DNA from: an uncultured Gammaproteobacteria bacterium
Lineage (GTDB): Bacteria; Pseudomonadota; Gammaproteobacteria; GCA-001735895
Direction: 5' to 3'
NCBI GenBank assembly: GCA_964196115.1
Contig: CAXMRQ010000036.1
Span: 1-60,970, forward strand
Length of the DNA stretch: 60,970 nucleotides
The position numbers and the translations under genes are program-made. Within the stretch, counting starts at the first letter, position 1, and the number at the start of each line of letters is the position of its first letter. The notes beneath the pieces are model-generated. The model had not been told where the DNA came from, searched no databases, and worked only from the letters and a program-made list of their open reading frames with translations. This document shows, piece after piece, positions 57,546 to 60,970 of the stretch.

Positions 57546-60344
57546 ATGTTAGACGATCTTTTTAAACCCGCCTGGAAAAGTCTCTCTGTTGAGAAACGCC
57601 ACAAAGCCATCTCTGAAATGAATAGCGCCAGCGCAGGACATCAGGAGTCACTAATGCAACTGGCCACGGATGACGAAGATGCCTCCATTCGTATCGCGGC
57701 GATCCAGCAATTAAGTTCTGCCGCAGCACTGCATGAACTGTCGATAAAGATTTCCGATGGCGCCGTTCGCACCGAAGCCGAGAATAGGGTAAATGAATTA
57801 ATCGGTGCGAAGCACGCGCTTGATGAAGAGCAATACCGCGAATTGCTAAAGCGCTATCCCGAATTGCGACTGCGCATTGCCGCCCATGCTGATTCATCGG
57901 CAGTTCGAACCGAAGCCATGCAGGCTTTGTCCAGCGGGCAACTGCTGGAAGTTCTTGGCGCAACCACTTATACCGACTCCCGACAATTGATTGCTGAAAA
58001 GCTTTCAGAAATCGAAAATCTCGAGTCTGCGCGCAAGATCATGCGTGGCAAAGACAAGAATGCCGAGCGTGTCATTAAGACCAAAATAGATACTTTCAGA
58101 AGTCATGAGCGACAGCAGGCCGAAAATTTGGTCCGCGTCGAAAAGCTGATTGAAGAAGTTGAATATCTCTCCAGCCATGACTGGCTACCAGAGTTTAAGG
58201 AGCGTTGTCTGGCTCATCGGCAGCAGTGGGACAGCCTGGAGTTCGATATCGACGGTGGCTCCAGACAACGTTATCAGATAGCTCGCGAGCTTGTCGATAA
58301 GCACTATGAACAGCAGCGAGTTGTTGAGCAATCCCGACAGTCTCAACAACAGCTGGTTGGCGAGCTTGAAGCCCTGCTACAGATCACCGTCGAAAAGGGT
58401 CTCGTCACCTCAATCGAAGCACTGTCGGAAACGGGGTTACAGCAACAGCGGCTTAACTCAGCCTGGCAGGCTTTAGCCGAGATCACTCCGCCAGACGAGC
58501 TCATGCTCAACCATTACGACAAAATGCATAGCGCATTGCAATCCGCTACTCGGTTCGTGACTAAGGCTGCCACACTGGTTCAGGATGCTGCAGAGAATTC
58601 CAGCCAGGCCTGGGCCAGTAGCAAGCTATCGAGTAATTGTCAGCAACTGGACAGCGCTCTAAAAAATCTTAAATGGCCTGCCGACTTTGCCGAACTCCAG
58701 GTCGCAACTGAATTACAACAACAATTGCTGGACTGGCGTAAAGCGCAGAAAGCTTCTGTAGACGCCTATCAACAGAAACTGGCTCAGGCGCATAAAAAAA
58801 TCAGTTCTATCTTGCGTTTTTCACAAGCAGGAAATCTGACTAGAGCGAAACAGTTAACGCAAAAAACACAAAAGGCGCTCAGCCAATTTGATGGAAAAGA
58901 TCTTTTAGTCCTACAGGAGCGTTTCGACGAAGCCAGCAAAAAACTGGGGGATATGGGTGACTGGAAAAATTTTGCGACCGAACCCAAATACATCGAACTG
59001 TGTGAAGCGATGGAGCTGCTGGCCAAATCGAAACACCACCCCGACAAACTCTCCAACGAGATGAAGGCGGTTCAGCAACAATGGAAGGCGCTTGGCCACT
59101 CGGATATCTCCGATCAGTACTGGCCCCGTTTTAAAATCGCCGCCGATAAAGTTTACCTGCCCTGTGCCGAATTTTTTGCTCAGCGCCACAAGACTCGTAA
59201 AGCCAATTTCGAGCAACGTCAACAGTATGTTGAACAGATGCGGGAACTCCTGGAAGCAACTGATTGGGACAACAGCCCCGACTATAAGGCAGCACAGTCG
59301 CGTGTGCGCAGCATAAGCGATAGCTTCACCAGTATTAAAGACGTAGAACGCAATGCAGGGCAAAAACAATGGAAGCAATTATCGACATTCAGGGACGCCG
59401 TGACGGCGAAGCTGAAGGTGGCTTATGATGCAAATATTGAGTTGAAACAACAACTGATCGCGCAAACTGAAGCGCTCGCCGAAGCCACAGCCAAAGTTGA
59501 AAACCTTGCCAGCTTAAAAACCCTGCAAACCAGGTGGAATCAGATCGGTGTCACCAGGCGCAATCAGGATCAAAAAGCCTGGATCGCATTCAAAAAACAG
59601 GGCGATATTGTTTACAGCAAGGTACAGGAACTACGCCAGGGGCAAAGACATGAAACGGATCAACAGTTGAATGACTACAGGGAAATTATTAAACATATTC
59701 AAAAACTGGCAAAGACGGCAAGTGATCTGACTGGGGCGGATCAGCAGTTTGCTGTACTGCAGGCTAACTACGCCGCTTTGCCCGAATTACCCCGACAACT
59801 TCCAGAAAAGCTGGTGGAAGGCATTCAACGTGACTATCACAATGCCTGTGATCAGTATGACAATAGTCGTTTGCGGATTATTAAAAACAGGCACCACCAA
59901 CAAATCGATGCGCTACGACTGAAGGCTAAACTTTGCGCGCAACAGGAGGCGCTGGGGGCATCGCCCTCGGAGCAGCAACTAGAGGAAATATCGCAGCAAT
60001 GGAATTCGATTGAGTTACACAACGCGGATTTATCGCGCCGTATCGAGGCGCGTAGAAATGCGGCTCAGTCCGTCATAGATCGAGCTGCGATAGGAGCAGA
60101 GCGGCGCATGCTTTGTATTCAACTGGAAATCGCGATGGGAGTGGAAAGCCCGGCCGAAGACAGGGCCTCGCGTATGCAATATCAGCTGGATCAGATGAAT
60201 AAATCAGGACTGGGCCAGCAAGTCGGTAATAGCAAAGAACTGTTAGAAAATATGGAACTGGACTGGCTGTGTATGCCGGGCGCGCCCGCGGTGCAGCAAA
60301 AAATATTAGATGAGCGTTTCCAGCGAGTAATTCGATCAGCATAA
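57546..60344 (+). CDS. DUF349 domain-containing protein
   Basis: All-helical; repeated QQQWKALG...WPRFK / RWNQIG...WIAFK units. Confidence 0.75.
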   Translation: MLDDLFKPAWKSLSVEKRHKAISEMNSASAGHQESLMQLATDDEDASIRIAAIQQLSSAAALHELSIKISDGAVRTEAENRVNELIGAKHALDEEQYRELLKRYPELRLRIAAHADSSAVRTEAMQALSSGQLLEVLGATTYTDSRQLIAEKLSEIENLESARKIMRGKDKNAERVIKTKIDTFRSHERQQAENLVRVEKLIEEVEYLSSHDWLPEFKERCLAHRQQWDSLEFDIDGGSRQRYQIARELVDKHYEQQRVVEQSRQSQQQLVGELEALLQITVEKGLVTSIEALSETGLQQQRLNSAWQALAEITPPDELMLNHYDKMHSALQSATRFVTKAATLVQDAAENSSQAWASSKLSSNCQQLDSALKNLKWPADFAELQVATELQQQLLDWRKAQKASVDAYQQKLAQAHKKISSILRFSQAGNLTRAKQLTQKTQKALSQFDGKDLLVLQERFDEASKKLGDMGDWKNFATEPKYIELCEAMELLAKSKHHPDKLSNEMKAVQQQWKALGHSDISDQYWPRFKIAADKVYLPCAEFFAQRHKTRKANFEQRQQYVEQMRELLEATDWDNSPDYKAAQSRVRSISDSFTSIKDVERNAGQKQWKQLSTFRDAVTAKLKVAYDANIELKQQLIAQTEALAEATAKVENLASLKTLQTRWNQIGVTRRNQDQKAWIAFKKQGDIVYSKVQELRQGQRHETDQQLNDYREIIKHIQKLAKTASDLTGADQQFAVLQANYAALPELPRQLPEKLVEGIQRDYHNACDQYDNSRLRIIKNRHHQQIDALRLKAKLCAQQEALGASPSEQQLEEISQQWNSIELHNADLSRRIEARRNAAQSVIDRAAIGAERRMLCIQLEIAMGVESPAEDRASRMQYQLDQMNKSGLGQQVGNSKELLENMELDWLCMPGAPAVQQKILDERFQRVIRSA

Positions 60345-60443
60345 TCCCGGCCCGGCTTTGCGTGACAGGGTCAACTCGCGGCAAATCACAATATTCGCGC
60401 CAGCGACATAATCAACTGAGCACGATTACCTGAATTCGCGGCG

Positions 60444-60603
60444 TATACGGCCAAAGCGAATGGACTGACGCCATTTGACTACATCAAGTACTTGCTGGAT
60501 GAACTTGCAAAGAAACCCGATCGCATCGATCAACTGTTGCCCTGGAATGTTGATCTAACATAGTTAGAAAATTACTGCCATGTGTCATTCCCCAGACGTT
60601 CAC
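60444..60603 (+). pseudogene. IS66 TnpC C-terminal remnant with degenerate end
   Basis: TAKANGLTPFDYIKYLLDEL...IDQLLPWN*; ends ...GACGTTCAC, resembling IS66 ends. Confidence 0.7.
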
Positions 60604-60643
60604 GCTTTACCACAGGCAACGGATGCTTTGAAATAGCTTTCCT

Positions 60644-60970
60644 TCAAACCTCTGAGATCACCTGGCTCGCGGCCTCTAGCGCACCGTTCCCATGTGAAAT
60701 AACCAAAGCTTTCAATGCGCTGTCAATAGTTCCTAATGTACCCATCACCATAGGGACATTCAAATGCCCCATGTGGCCAATGCGAAATGCGTTATGCCAT
60801 TCGGGTGAATCTTCGGGTGCCATGCCTAAACCGATACCAAGGGTCAGGCCTGCAATATCTTCGCACCATCTGCGAATTTTAGTGCCATTGCCATTGCTGG
60901 TTTTTATGCAGGTCACCACCCGTGAACGGCTCGCAGGGTCTCGGACATTCATTGTCAGATCACCCCCATC
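60644..60970 (-). CDS. Class V PLP aminotransferase (alanine/serine-glyoxylate type), C-terminal part only
   Basis: RSRVVT...LGIGLG...AFRIGHMGHLN; continues past the window edge. Confidence 0.75.
   Translation of the reverse strand, partial: DGGDLTMNVRDPASRSRVVTCIKTSNGNGTKIRRWCEDIAGLTLGIGLGMAPEDSPEWHNAFRIGHMGHLNVPMVMGTLGTIDSALKALVISHGNGALEAASQVISEV

Noticed and set aside
1-60970. rRNA, tRNA or integron integrase genes
   Set aside because: No cloverleaf, rRNA signature or IntI-like ORF recognised

Overview
About 61 kb of bacterial chromosome, probably from a proteobacterium; gene content suggests a gammaproteobacterium, which is an inference. No rRNA, tRNA or CRISPR array was seen. (1) 0.8-7.9 kb: an AfuABC/FbpABC-like ABC transporter flanked by three unrelated phosphatases. 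(2) 7.9-24.2 kb: a large inositol catabolism locus with iolR, iolC, iolD, iolB, iolE and iolG, a sugar ABC transporter, a second IolB/kinase/class II aldolase set, and a PhyH-type dioxygenase. (3) 24-33.5 kb: acyl-CoA dehydrogenase and phosphotransferase, two thioesterases, ybiI, a Rieske oxygenase, a GlpD-like gene and aceA. (4) 33.5-45.7 kb: an accessory, partly decayed cyclic-nucleotide signalling island. It holds HD-GYP and GGDEF-EAL genes, one intact and two broken class III cyclases, a c-di-GMP-I-like riboswitch ahead of a repeat lipoprotein, an orphan attC-like cassette, and an IS1111-type IS110 element nested in the terminal repeat of a MITE. The non-coding end of that IS carries guide-like matches to its own target site. 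(5) 45.9-61 kb: a thioester alpha-2-macroglobulin, TetR-linked trpBA, a HigBA module with a broken toxin, an MlrC-GNAT fusion, Udh-like and SDR oxidoreductases, a DUF349 protein, an IS66 scar and a partial aminotransferase. At least five MITE-like families occur, and several sit exactly on gene junctions where they supply stop codons or ribosome-binding sites. All calls come from reading motifs by eye; no database search was run.
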